The translations under genes were made by a program, and so were the position numbers. A DNA stretch of 64,000 nt from Patescibacteria group bacterium (GTDB lineage: Bacteria > Patescibacteriota > Microgenomatia > UBA1400 > UBA1449): contig JBMNOG010000003.1 in assembly GCA_050942955.1 (NCBI GenBank), positions 3,049 through 67,048 on the forward strand. The letters run 5' to 3'. The notes below the pieces were generated by a model. It saw nothing but the letters and a program-made list of their open reading frames with translations. It ran no database searches and was not told where the DNA came from. Shown in pieces: positions 17,695 through 27,656 of this stretch; position 1 is the first letter of the stretch, and each line of letters begins with the position of its first letter.

Positions 17695-20001
17695 ATGTCT
17701 GCTAAAAAAACCTGGGAAAAACGACAGAAGCAAAAAAACGTTAAAAAACAGAAAAAGCAAAGTAGGACGAAATCCTATTCTTTTAGCATAGAAAAGAGTT
17801 GGTTAAAACATCTCGGAAAGACCAGATACACCTTAGCTCTAGGATTTGTAGTTCTACTTCTTTTGGTTTTCTCAGTAGCAAGCTATCTGTTTATTTTCAA
17901 GGACTTACCCTCCCCAACTAATCTCACCAAAAATGACTTTCCTGTTTCAACAGAAATTTACGACCGGGAAGGCAGATTACTGTATGAAATATATGCTGAA
18001 CAGAATAGGAAACCAATTAAGCTCAAAAATATCCCTCGACATGTAAAGGAAGCTACTATAGCTATCGAGGATAAAGATTTTTACAAACATGGGGGATTTG
18101 CTATTACAGGTATTACTCGGGCACTGTATAAGAATATTTTTAAAGGAGAGTTTCAAGGCGGCTCAACCATTACTCAGCAGCTCGTAAAAACTGCCCTCCT
18201 AACACCTGAGAGAACCATACGGCGTAAAGTTAGAGAACTACTCCTTTCATCAGTAATAGAAATCCTTTATTCAAAAGACGAAATATTGGAAATGTACCTG
18301 AACCACATTCCTTACGGCGGTACTGCCTATGGCATTGAGCAGGCTGCTCATCTTTACTTTGGAAAGTCGGCTAAGGATTTGAGCCTTGCCGAAAGTGCAC
18401 TTCTGGCAGGATTGCCTCAGGCGCCCAGCCGGTACTCACCATTTGGCTCCAACCCAGAACTAGCAAAGCAACGACAGGAACAAGTGCTTCAAAGAATGGT
18501 TGAAGACGGCTACATAACACCCGAAGAAAAAGAACAGGCATACAACACTAAGCTAACATATGCTAAGCAACACATTGATATTAAAGCTCCTCACTTTGTT
18601 TTATATGTTAAAGATCTTTTAGTTGAAAAGTATGGCCAGAAAAAGGTTGAACAAGGAGGTTTGAGAGTTACGACAACTCTTGATTTACCTTTTCAGGAGT
18701 ATGCTCAAGCCTCCGTAGCCGCTGAAATTGCAACACTTGAAAGATATAATGTAACTAATGGAGCCACCCTTGTTACTAAACCTTCTACAGGTGAAATATT
18801 AGCAATGGTGGGCTCGAGAGGCTATTTTGACGAAGCTATTGATGGTAAGGTCAACTTAACTACTAGCCTTCGTCAGCCAGGTTCATCAATTAAACCTCTC
18901 AATTACGCTCTAGGAATTTTCAAAGGTTATCCAGCTTCAACCATGTTTTTAGATATCCCTACCTGCTTTACCGCCCCAGGGCAACCTTCTGCATACTGCC
19001 CTAAAAACTACGACGGACGTTTCCATGGACCACAGCAAATGCGCTATGCCCTTGCAAATTCCTACAATATTCCTGCCGTGAAGATGTTAGCTCTAAACAC
19101 AGTTGAGGATTTCATTGCCACAGCTTCGGCAATGGGCATCTCTACATGGCATAATCCCAAAAACTACGGTCTTTCATTAACTTTGGGTGGCGGAGAGGTC
19201 AAGATGGTTGATATGGCCGTTGCCTTTGGAACCCTTGCTAATTCAGGTATCCGAATTGATCTTAATCCGATCTTAAAAGTTGAAACATATAAAGGTGAAA
19301 TACTTGAAGAGTATAATCATGAAAAAAATCCCCCCACGGGTAAAAGAATACTTCCACCCGAAGTTACATTTATTATTTCTGATATTCTTGCAGATAATCG
19401 TGCCCGAATCCCTGCATTTGGAGCATACTCAAAACTTGTTATTCCAGATAAAACCGTTTCTGTAAAAACTGGTACAACTGATGACCTAAGAGATAACTGG
19501 ACAGTTGGGTACACACCAGAGTTTCTAGCGGCAGTGTGGGTAGGCAACAATGATAACTCTAAAATGAATGGTTACGTGGTCTCTGGTGTTACGGGTGCAG
19601 CCCCGATCTGGAACTCGGTAATGAGCTATGTGCTTGATGGAAGGGAGGATGTTATTCCGCCAAAGCCGGAGAATGTTATTGGTACCAGCGTTTGTGCGTA
19701 TCAGCAGACCAATCCCGAAAACCCTCAAACTTGCGAGGGTAGGTTTGAGTACTTTATAAAAGGCACTGAGACAAATCAACTTCATGGATATATTGCGAAA
19801 AAAAATACATGGATAGATAAAGAGACTGGCCGTCCACCTCTTCCAGGAAAAGTAGACAACCTTGAACTCCAGGAGCGACTGATGGCAAGCGATGCTTTTA
19901 CCGCCGATTATTGTGTCGACTGCTCTCATGAAGGAGAGCCGCCAACTACAATTAATCTCAACCAGTTTTACAGCAAGCTGGAAGCAAAGAATAATCCATA
20001 A
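17695..20001 (+). CDS. Class A penicillin-binding protein (PBP1A; bifunctional GT51 transglycosylase plus transpeptidase).
   Basis: Lys-rich N-terminus and a transmembrane helix. GT51 motifs EDKDFYKHGGF and QGGSTITQQLVK. Transpeptidase motifs SIKP (SxxK) and KTGTT. An extended -10 (TGcgTTATAAT) lies upstream at about 17641. Confidence 0.85.
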   Translation: MSAKKTWEKRQKQKNVKKQKKQSRTKSYSFSIEKSWLKHLGKTRYTLALGFVVLLLLVFSVASYLFIFKDLPSPTNLTKNDFPVSTEIYDREGRLLYEIYAEQNRKPIKLKNIPRHVKEATIAIEDKDFYKHGGFAITGITRALYKNIFKGEFQGGSTITQQLVKTALLTPERTIRRKVRELLLSSVIEILYSKDEILEMYLNHIPYGGTAYGIEQAAHLYFGKSAKDLSLAESALLAGLPQAPSRYSPFGSNPELAKQRQEQVLQRMVEDGYITPEEKEQAYNTKLTYAKQHIDIKAPHFVLYVKDLLVEKYGQKKVEQGGLRVTTTLDLPFQEYAQASVAAEIATLERYNVTNGATLVTKPSTGEILAMVGSRGYFDEAIDGKVNLTTSLRQPGSSIKPLNYALGIFKGYPASTMFLDIPTCFTAPGQPSAYCPKNYDGRFHGPQQMRYALANSYNIPAVKMLALNTVEDFIATASAMGISTWHNPKNYGLSLTLGGGEVKMVDMAVAFGTLANSGIRIDLNPILKVETYKGEILEEYNHEKNPPTGKRILPPEVTFIISDILADNRARIPAFGAYSKLVIPDKTVSVKTGTTDDLRDNWTVGYTPEFLAAVWVGNNDNSKMNGYVVSGVTGAAPIWNSVMSYVLDGREDVIPPKPENVIGTSVCAYQQTNPENPQTCEGRFEYFIKGTETNQLHGYIAKKNTWIDKETGRPPLPGKVDNLELQERLMASDAFTADYCVDCSHEGEPPTTINLNQFYSKLEAKNNP

Positions 20002-20082
20002 TTTATTTCAGAAGATTTTAATTAATTAAACTTACGTTAACTTCCTGTTTTTTTGTAACAAGAGGGATGTTACAATCTTTTC

Positions 20083-22629
20083 ATGGCAGCAAGGACAGAA
20101 CAAAGATCCACTCTAAAAGAGAAAAGTATATTGGAGTGGATAGTTTATATTCTCCAGATTATCGGCAGATTCACATATAAAAGTATTTTCTATGCTCTTA
20201 AGTTTATCTACATTACTGCAGGTAGCTTTGTTAGTACTTTAAAAACCCCCTTTTCCTACACTCGCTCAACACTTCCTCCTTACAAAAAAGGGTACAAAAA
20301 AACAGCTAGAAAAAAGAGTAGACGTTCCTTCCAGTTATATGGAATCATAAAAAGGGTTTTGTTTTTCTGCAATTTTCTCGTACAGAGAATACTTAATTTT
20401 CTTAGATTTAACAGACTAAAAGATATTGTAAAAAATTTCAGTAAACAGTTTTATCTTTTCTATTTCTTTTTAGTTAGCCTAAAAGAAAGAAGCAATCATA
20501 GTTTTATTAAAAGAATTCATATCTCTGTTACAAGGATCACAGGAAAACTAAGTAAAAAAAAGAAGGTTACGAGATTTGGTCTTTTTGTACGTTACACGTT
20601 TCTCCTACTAAGCATAACTGCTTTCAGCATAACTGCCTTTGTTTACTACACAATTTTAAGAGATTTACCTAACCCCAATGAATTGATCAGTCGAAACCAG
20701 GTCTTGACGACCAAAATTTACGCTAGAGATGGTTCATTGCTTTTTAAAATATATCGTAATCAAAACCGAAGTCTCGTTAAACTCGAAGACATTCCAGCAC
20801 ACCTTGTTAATGCGACAGTAGCAGCAGAAGATAAAGAGTTCTGGAACCACTCCGGATTCTCTTTAGCAGGAATCATAAGAGCTGTAAAAAAGAACCTTGA
20901 AACTGACGTGTACCTGCAAGGAGGGTCTACTATTACTCAGCAACTGGTAAAAAATGCACTTCTGTCTTCGGAACGAACATACGTGAGAAAACTAAAGGAG
21001 TTGGTATTGGCAATTGAAGTTGAACTTATTTTCAGTAAGGATGAAATTTTGCAAATGTACTTCAACGAGATCCCTTATGGGGGAGTAGCTTACGGCGTAG
21101 CTGAGGCAGCAGAAACGTACTTTGGTAAATCAGTGCAAGAGCTTAATCTAGCAGAATCAGCCCTACTTGCCGGCATTCCTACTGCTCCAACCAGATACTC
21201 ACCCCTTGGAGCTCATCCTGAGTACGCAATTTATCGCCAGCACCACGTTCTCAACCGCATGGTCGAGGATGGCTACATAACCCCGGAAGAAAGCCTTGAA
21301 GCTAAAAGGACAAAACTTGTATTAAAGCCGCACCATGCAGAAATCCTTGCCCCACATTTTGTAATGTACGTTAAAGATCTTCTGGTCGAAAAGTATGGAA
21401 CCAGGATGTTAGAAGAAGGTGGTCTTGAAGTAATTACTTCTCTTGATCCTAAGGTACAGACTAGCGCTGAAAACGCAGTAAAGGCTGAAATTGAAAAACT
21501 CCTCCCCATGCATGTTACTAATGGCGCTGCTTTAGTAACTCACCCCTACACTGGAGAGATTCTGGCGATGGTCGGGTCCCGCAACTACTTTGATACTAAT
21601 AGTGATGGAAATGTTAACGTTACTACTAGCCTTCGTCAGCCAGGTTCATCAATCAAACCTCTTACTTATGCCTTAGCCTTGCAGTCAGGGTTTACTCCTG
21701 CTTCGATGATTGATGATGCTCCGGTTTCTTATCCTGATGGGAACCGTGCTTATACTCCGGTTAACTATGATGGCCGCTTCCATGGTAGGGTCACTCTCCG
21801 TACAGCCCTAGGTTCAAGTTTTAACATCCCTGCCGTAAAACTACTCAACCAATTGGGTGTAGACAACTTAATTGATTTTGCTGAAACTATGGGCATCACC
21901 ACCTGGAAAGACCGCAGCCGTTTTGGTTTAAGTCTTACTCTAGGTGGGGGCGAAGTCAAAATGACAGACATGGCAGTCGTGTATGGAGTCTTCGCTAATC
22001 AGGGACTTAAAGTCAATCTTCATCCCATTCTTCAGGTCAAAGGCCCTGATGGTAGAATTCTGGATGATTTTTACTGCAACCCAGGCTTTCACTTTCTTCC
22101 AAGTGCTGCCGCAAGTAGTAAAAATGTCTTTTGCCAACCCCAAGCTGTCTTAAGCCCCAGTATTGCTTACCAGATTAGCGATATGCTCTCCGATAATAAC
22201 GCCCGCACCCCTGCTTTTGGACCCAACTCTTTACTTAAAATCGATAATCATCAAGTAGCGGTTAAAACTGGGACAACAAACGATAGAAGAGATAATTGGA
22301 CAATTGGATACACTCCAGAGTATGTAGTGGTAGTGTGGGTAGGAAATAATGACAATACACCTATGAGTAGCGTAGCTTCGGGTATTACCGGAGCCACTCC
22401 GATCTGGCACAGTATTATCACAGATCTTCTTACCAATACTTCGGAACCTGTTACCTTCCAACCTCCGAGCGGGCTTATTCCAGTCCAGATATGTGAAGAT
22501 AATGGGCTCTTAGCTTGTTCAACTTGTCGCAATATAAAAACAGAGTACTTTATACCCGGAACTCAACCAAAACAAAGCTGCCAACAGGAAACATTGGAAA
22601 GAATTTCTGAGCAACAAACACAGATTTAA
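20083..22629 (+). CDS. Second class A penicillin-binding protein paralog. It has an unusually long, basic N-terminal extension, and the start may be internal.
   Basis: EDKEFWNHSGF, QGGSTITQQLVK, SIKP and KTGTT motifs. The N-terminal ~180 aa are Lys/Arg/Phe-rich and precede the transmembrane helix. Confidence 0.8.
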   Translation: MAARTEQRSTLKEKSILEWIVYILQIIGRFTYKSIFYALKFIYITAGSFVSTLKTPFSYTRSTLPPYKKGYKKTARKKSRRSFQLYGIIKRVLFFCNFLVQRILNFLRFNRLKDIVKNFSKQFYLFYFFLVSLKERSNHSFIKRIHISVTRITGKLSKKKKVTRFGLFVRYTFLLLSITAFSITAFVYYTILRDLPNPNELISRNQVLTTKIYARDGSLLFKIYRNQNRSLVKLEDIPAHLVNATVAAEDKEFWNHSGFSLAGIIRAVKKNLETDVYLQGGSTITQQLVKNALLSSERTYVRKLKELVLAIEVELIFSKDEILQMYFNEIPYGGVAYGVAEAAETYFGKSVQELNLAESALLAGIPTAPTRYSPLGAHPEYAIYRQHHVLNRMVEDGYITPEESLEAKRTKLVLKPHHAEILAPHFVMYVKDLLVEKYGTRMLEEGGLEVITSLDPKVQTSAENAVKAEIEKLLPMHVTNGAALVTHPYTGEILAMVGSRNYFDTNSDGNVNVTTSLRQPGSSIKPLTYALALQSGFTPASMIDDAPVSYPDGNRAYTPVNYDGRFHGRVTLRTALGSSFNIPAVKLLNQLGVDNLIDFAETMGITTWKDRSRFGLSLTLGGGEVKMTDMAVVYGVFANQGLKVNLHPILQVKGPDGRILDDFYCNPGFHFLPSAAASSKNVFCQPQAVLSPSIAYQISDMLSDNNARTPAFGPNSLLKIDNHQVAVKTGTTNDRRDNWTIGYTPEYVVVVWVGNNDNTPMSSVASGITGATPIWHSIITDLLTNTSEPVTFQPPSGLIPVQICEDNGLLACSTCRNIKTEYFIPGTQPKQSCQQETLERISEQQTQI

Positions 22630-22646
22630 TAGTCGTTTAGTTAAGA

Positions 22647-24191
22647 TTATTTTTCTATGAGGCTCTCACCTGTCATCTCCTGAGGCTTTTCAATACCCAT
22701 AAGCTCCAAAACTGTGGGCGCTACATCCTGCAAACCCTTACCTTTTTTAAGATGAATACTTTTGTATACCGTGTCATTAGAAACAAAAATTAAAGGCACA
22801 GGGTTTGTTGTGTGACTGGTGCGCCACTCTTCTGTTTGGTCTTCAGCATTGCCATGATCTGCAAAGACAAGGATAGTGTAGTTTTTAGCTAAGCCTTTTT
22901 CTGTAATTTTACCCACACACTCATCAACAGCGGCAATCGCCTTATGAATAGCTTCAATATCACCTGTATGTCCAACCATATCTCCATTCACCAGATTGGT
23001 AACAATAAGATCATACTTCTCTTCATCAATCGCTTTAGTAAGTACTTCTGTAATTTCATAAACACTCATCTCCGGCTTTTTGTCATAGGTTTCTACTTTA
23101 GGCGAGGGAATGAGAATCCGATCCTCATTTTCATACGGCTCTTCAATCTGCCCATTAAAGAAAAAAGTAACATGGGCATACTTTTCTGTTTCCGAAATAC
23201 GCAGTTGATGCATCCCTTGCTTTGCAACTACTTCCCCTAGAAAGTTAGTTAACACCTGGTCTTTGAAGGCTACTTTTGGAACTTGAGGTGTAAAGTACTG
23301 AGTCATGGTCACAAAAAAGATGTCTAGAGGTTTAGTTTCCCAACCAGTAAACTCTATTTCTGTCATGGCTTGTGTTAGCTGCCGCGGCCTGTCTGTTCTA
23401 AAGTTGTAAAAAATAAAGGAATCGTCTGGCTTAATTCCCCCATACCATTCAGCTTTCCCGGGAGTGATAAATTCATCCGTTTCTCCTTTAGCATGACACT
23501 CCTCAAGATACGCCTTTGCCTCATCAAAAACTCTTTCTGTTTGCGCGTTTACAATACACTCATACGCTTTTTTTGTGCGCTGCCACCTTTTATCCCTATC
23601 CATCGCATAGTACCTACCAGAGACTGTGGCAATTTTGCCAAACCCAATCTCAGCAATTTTCTTGTTAAGGGTGTTGAGATGTTTAAGACTGGCTGTTACA
23701 GGAGCATCTCTACCATCGGTAATAACGTGGACAACTACATTGGTAAAGTTTTGTTTTTTGCAAAGATCAAGTAAAGCCAAAAGGTGATTAATGTGAGCGT
23801 GAACCCCCTCTACCTGTAACAATCCAACAAGATGGAGAGTGGTGTTGTGTTTTTTACAGTTCTCAATTGCTTCCAGAAACTCTGGTATCTTAAAAAAACT
23901 ACCTTCTTCAATAGCTTTATTAATCCTTGCTAGTGATTGGAAAATGATCCGCCCCCCACCGATTGTCATATGTCCAACCTCTGAGTTACCTTGGTACCCA
24001 TGAGGAACTCCTACTGCTTCCCCACTGGCATTAAGTAAAGTATTAGGGTACTTAGCCATTAGTTTATCTGTATTGGGTGTAGGAGTTTCGGCAATGGCAT
24101 TGTGTTCTTTTTCTTTTCTGTACCCCCAACCATCACGAATAACTAAGATAACTTTATGCTTTGGTTTCATATGTATGAAATAAAGAGACAA
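22647..24191 (-). CDS. gpmI: 2,3-bisphosphoglycerate-independent phosphoglycerate mutase.
   Basis: 514 aa. The VILVIRDGWG N-terminal region and GNSEVGH motif are typical of iPGM. Confidence 0.9.
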   Translation of the reverse strand: MSLYFIHMKPKHKVILVIRDGWGYRKEKEHNAIAETPTPNTDKLMAKYPNTLLNASGEAVGVPHGYQGNSEVGHMTIGGGRIIFQSLARINKAIEEGSFFKIPEFLEAIENCKKHNTTLHLVGLLQVEGVHAHINHLLALLDLCKKQNFTNVVVHVITDGRDAPVTASLKHLNTLNKKIAEIGFGKIATVSGRYYAMDRDKRWQRTKKAYECIVNAQTERVFDEAKAYLEECHAKGETDEFITPGKAEWYGGIKPDDSFIFYNFRTDRPRQLTQAMTEIEFTGWETKPLDIFFVTMTQYFTPQVPKVAFKDQVLTNFLGEVVAKQGMHQLRISETEKYAHVTFFFNGQIEEPYENEDRILIPSPKVETYDKKPEMSVYEITEVLTKAIDEEKYDLIVTNLVNGDMVGHTGDIEAIHKAIAAVDECVGKITEKGLAKNYTILVFADHGNAEDQTEEWRTSHTTNPVPLIFVSNDTVYKSIHLKKGKGLQDVAPTVLELMGIEKPQEMTGESLIEK

Positions 24192-24242
24192 CTGAGCGTT
24201 GTCTCTTTGGTCATTACCCAGTTTTGTAATGTAGGTGGCCTC

Positions 24243-25244
24243 TTAGTCTAAAACCTGCTCAACTAAGCGATTAGCATACCCCCACTCGTTGTCATACCAG
24301 GCATATACTTTCACTAAATCTCCGTCAATGACTTGTGTTAAAGACAAGTCCACTACCGCTGAGGCTTCACAGCCAATTATATCAGAAGAGACTAAGGGTT
24401 TTTGAGTAACATAGAGAAAGTACTTTAACTCATCCCGCTTCGAAGCCTCAATAAACATTTCATTAACTTCTTCAACGGTAGTAGGCCGATCAACTAGATA
24501 CGTAAGATCCGAGAGGGAAGCTGTAGCTACCGGAACTCTGATAGCAATACCATCAAATTTACCCTTAAGCTGGGGTAAAACCTTAGTCATTGCTATCGCT
24601 GCTCCGGTTGATGTCGGAATAACATTTTGACTAGCTGACCTGGCACGACGCAGATCTTTTTTGTGCGATCCATCTTGTAAAGACTGGTCAGAAGTAAAAG
24701 CATGGATTGTTGTCATGGCTGCTTTTTTAACTGTAAAGTTTTCAAGCATGACTTTGCTTACCGGCGAGATACAGTTAGTAGTACAGGAAGCATTGGAAAC
24801 AAGCGTTTTCCCTTTTGCCTCTTCATCATTGACGCCTTTAACAACAGTTTGGATACCTTCTCCTTTTCCAGGGGCAGAAAGAATCACCTGTTTAACACTC
24901 CCTCGCAGGTGTTTACTCATACCTCTTTCGTCTTCAAATACACCAGTAGACTCAAGTACTGTTTCTACACCATAATCTCCCCAAGGAATGTTTTCCGGTT
25001 CTCGTTCAGCACTGACAAAAATTCTTTTACCGTTAACAATCATGTAGTCCCCGTCTACCTCAACACTTCCGGGAAAACGGCGGTACATGGTGTCAAACTC
25101 AAAAATATGCGCCCAACCTTTAGTATCCATACTACCGGATGTATTAATAATGGGGACTTCAATTCTGTCTGAAAATTTTTGCAGAATAACCCGAAGAGCT
25201 AATCTTCCGATACGGCCAAAGCCATTGATACCAATTTTTTTCAT
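24243..25244 (-). CDS. gap: Glyceraldehyde-3-phosphate dehydrogenase, type I.
   Basis: MKKIGINGFGRIGR NAD-binding N-terminus. SNASCTTNC active-site cysteine. WYDNEWGY C-terminal motif. Confidence 0.9.
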   Translation of the reverse strand: MKKIGINGFGRIGRLALRVILQKFSDRIEVPIINTSGSMDTKGWAHIFEFDTMYRRFPGSVEVDGDYMIVNGKRIFVSAEREPENIPWGDYGVETVLESTGVFEDERGMSKHLRGSVKQVILSAPGKGEGIQTVVKGVNDEEAKGKTLVSNASCTTNCISPVSKVMLENFTVKKAAMTTIHAFTSDQSLQDGSHKKDLRRARSASQNVIPTSTGAAIAMTKVLPQLKGKFDGIAIRVPVATASLSDLTYLVDRPTTVEEVNEMFIEASKRDELKYFLYVTQKPLVSSDIIGCEASAVVDLSLTQVIDGDLVKVYAWYDNEWGYANRLVEQVLD

Positions 25245-25373
25245 AGGACAGCTAACACTAATTGCCAGGTTATGTTATCTTTTAACCATGACAATTAGGC
25301 AGTATGAAATTACTAACTACTGGTTTCTTTTACCATCTTAACAAATTTATAGAAAAAAGTATGGAGGAAAAGA

Positions 25374-25814
25374 TTACTTCTCAAGTTGCATAATCTTCTC
25401 GAGTCTTCTTATATGTCTTTTTTCGTTTTTAAATTCAGCTGCCAGAAATGTTTTTACTAACTGGAAAACCTTAAACTTGGTAGTGTAATCAGCTGCAATT
25501 GCCAAGACATTAATATCATCATCTTCAACAAAGCTCTTCACCTGTTGATGATTAAAACCTAAACTACAACGGATACCTTTAACTTTATTAGCCGCCACAC
25601 AGATACCTGCACCGGAACCACAGAAAACTACTCCTTTCCCTTTTTTATCTTCCAAAACTTTCTGGGCAACCTTATAGGCATAATCGGGATAATCATCGTC
25701 TGCATTGTATTCATACGCTCCTAAATCTTTAAAGGGAATTTTTTTGGTGGTTAACCAAGTCTTCAATTGGTTTTTGCGTTTTAAGCCTCGGTGGTCAGTT
25801 GCTAAATAGAGCAT
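25374..25814 (-). CDS. rpiB: Ribose-5-phosphate isomerase B (RpiB/LacAB family).
   Basis: 146 aa. The CGSGAGICVAANKVKGIRC motif matches the RpiB active-site region. Confidence 0.85.
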   Translation of the reverse strand: MLYLATDHRGLKRKNQLKTWLTTKKIPFKDLGAYEYNADDDYPDYAYKVAQKVLEDKKGKGVVFCGSGAGICVAANKVKGIRCSLGFNHQQVKSFVEDDDINVLAIAADYTTKFKVFQLVKTFLAAEFKNEKRHIRRLEKIMQLEK

Positions 25815-25824
25815 AAAGTGTGCT

Positions 25825-26418
25825 TTACACTACTAATTGTGATTTTTTCTCTAACTCTTCTTTTTCCTGATCGAACTCTTGTATGGCCTCAAGCACTTCC
25901 TCAACTGAATTAACTATTCTGAACACCTCGGTATCATTGGATCTCATCATCATGTTTTTATTAATAACATCGATAATCTCATGCCAAAAGTCTCCGTAAA
26001 GAATGAAGGGTTTGTGATTACCATAATAAAGACGTGCCAAACACCAGGCCGTTCCTAGTTCTGATATCGTTCCCGTACCGCCATTAAAAATAACATAACA
26101 GTCTCCATGCTCCATTAAAGTAAACATTCGTTCAATATAGTTCGTTGTTTTAATTTCTTTATCTGTCTGGTTTTTTATGTAACGACCTTCAAAGCCAGGA
26201 GCATCTTTGGGATCAAATGTTACAGATAGAGTTTTACCGTTAACCGCTTCAGCTCCTTCGGTAGCTGCCAGCATTGCTCCCGGACCACCACCATTAACAA
26301 TCGTATACCCTTCCTGGGCTAAACGCTTTGCAACTGCAAACACTTCTTTATATAAATTAGAGTTTGTCTCTGCTCCTGCTCCGCCAAAAATTGCAACATT
26401 TTGAATCTTCTTCGCCAT
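25825..26418 (-). CDS. LOG-family protein (cytokinin riboside 5'-monophosphate phosphoribohydrolase-like; TIGR00730 Rossmann-fold protein).
   Basis: GGGPGAM and GGTGTISE (PGGxGTxxE) LOG signatures. Confidence 0.75.
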   Translation of the reverse strand: MAKKIQNVAIFGGAGAETNSNLYKEVFAVAKRLAQEGYTIVNGGGPGAMLAATEGAEAVNGKTLSVTFDPKDAPGFEGRYIKNQTDKEIKTTNYIERMFTLMEHGDCYVIFNGGTGTISELGTAWCLARLYYGNHKPFILYGDFWHEIIDVINKNMMMRSNDTEVFRIVNSVEEVLEAIQEFDQEKEELEKKSQLVV

Positions 26419-26511
26419 AATAATGCTTCAACTTTATAAAGTCAGCTTTAGTCTAACACAAAAATGAGGTTAGAACACATCCGTCCTAACCCCATCGTCT
26501 TTTTACAATTC

Positions 26512-27066
26512 TTACTTATAACTACCTTCAAGAACTCGCTCACCTATCGTAGTATCACCGTCTTCAATTTCTCGGCTAACTACAATTTTAGAGTACTGCG
26601 ACTTATCTCCTTGGGCTGAGTAAAGCAACTCTCCACTGGTACTAGACATATCCAGTCTTCCAATAGAGTTGACAGCACCATCTTCTTTTTCTAACCATAC
26701 TTCATAGTAGTAACCTTTTTGAAGAGGGCTAAGGCCCTCGACCTGCACCTTTTGGTAGTAGGCATTGTCCTCTATTTTCCTAAAAGCTTTACCTGTTCCT
26801 GAGTTACCTTCAGTAGCAGTCAAAGTGATTGGTTCAACATCCATGAGTTTCTGAGAAATCTCTTGCTTCTTCTGCTCAGCTTCTTCCGGAGAGATTTCTT
26901 CTACGGTATCACCTGTCTTTTTCACAATAGTACCATTATCAAGAGTAAGAATTTCCTCAACTGGAGGGATTTCTTCACCTTGACCTTCAAAGGCTTTGTT
27001 TCTATTCCAAATGTAGCTGCCTAAAAGTACTGCAAAAATTGCTGCTACAATAATCCACTGTTTCAT
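26512..27066 (-). CDS. Membrane-anchored protein with an anti-sigma-K (RskA) C-terminal-like extracytoplasmic domain.
   Basis: N-terminal transmembrane helix MKQWIIVAAIFAVLLGSYIW. The C-terminal YYEVWLEKEDGAVNSIGRLD...IVVSREIEDGDTTIGERVLEG pattern resembles the RskA C-terminal domain. Confidence 0.35.
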   Translation of the reverse strand: MKQWIIVAAIFAVLLGSYIWNRNKAFEGQGEEIPPVEEILTLDNGTIVKKTGDTVEEISPEEAEQKKQEISQKLMDVEPITLTATEGNSGTGKAFRKIEDNAYYQKVQVEGLSPLQKGYYYEVWLEKEDGAVNSIGRLDMSSTSGELLYSAQGDKSQYSKIVVSREIEDGDTTIGERVLEGSYK

Positions 27067-27253
27067 GGGTGTATGTCACCTCCCTCCGGTATAAGGTATT
27101 AATAAGCTGTGCGCTTACAAAAAACCTGCACTTCAAGCTAAAGGAGAAAGCTCCTTCAGAAAGGGCAGGAATTACTCCTACTTTAGCTAATAACTGACTC
27201 CGCTGTCAATCCTTAGTTTATCCTAGACCAGTGATAACTGGTATACTTAAAGC

Positions 27254-27652
27254 ATGAAAAGAGGAGTATGGATTATTGCTGTCGGATTCTTTTTGGCAAG
27301 TTGTGTAGTTAAAACTCCAATTACAGCTACCCAGGAGTGGTTACAACTACTAAAAAACCAGCAGTTTGAGCAAGCTACTCAACATATGGTAGTCATTACT
27401 AATCAAACTCCAGCTCCCTTAACTCAGGAACAGAAAGATACCTTCATAGCGCAGTATCAACAAAATTACCAGCAAATTCATTCCTTTTCTGTTGATAATA
27501 TGGTTGCCCTACCTGAGCAAACCTTAAAGGAAATGGGTATTGGTGAAGGGTATGAGGTTTATTATGTTCAAACTTCCCAAAAAAAAGGGAAGCAGCACCT
27601 AAAAACGTTTGTTGTAAAAGTTGGAGACCAGTGGAAGGTCGTAAAGAAATAG
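27254..27652 (+). CDS. Hypothetical lipoprotein.
   Basis: The signal peptide contains an LASC lipobox (MKRGVWIIAVGFFLASCVV). 132 aa. No known domain. Confidence 0.45.
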   Translation: MKRGVWIIAVGFFLASCVVKTPITATQEWLQLLKNQQFEQATQHMVVITNQTPAPLTQEQKDTFIAQYQQNYQQIHSFSVDNMVALPEQTLKEMGIGEGYEVYYVQTSQKKGKQHLKTFVVKVGDQWKVVKK

Positions 27653-27656
27653 AATT

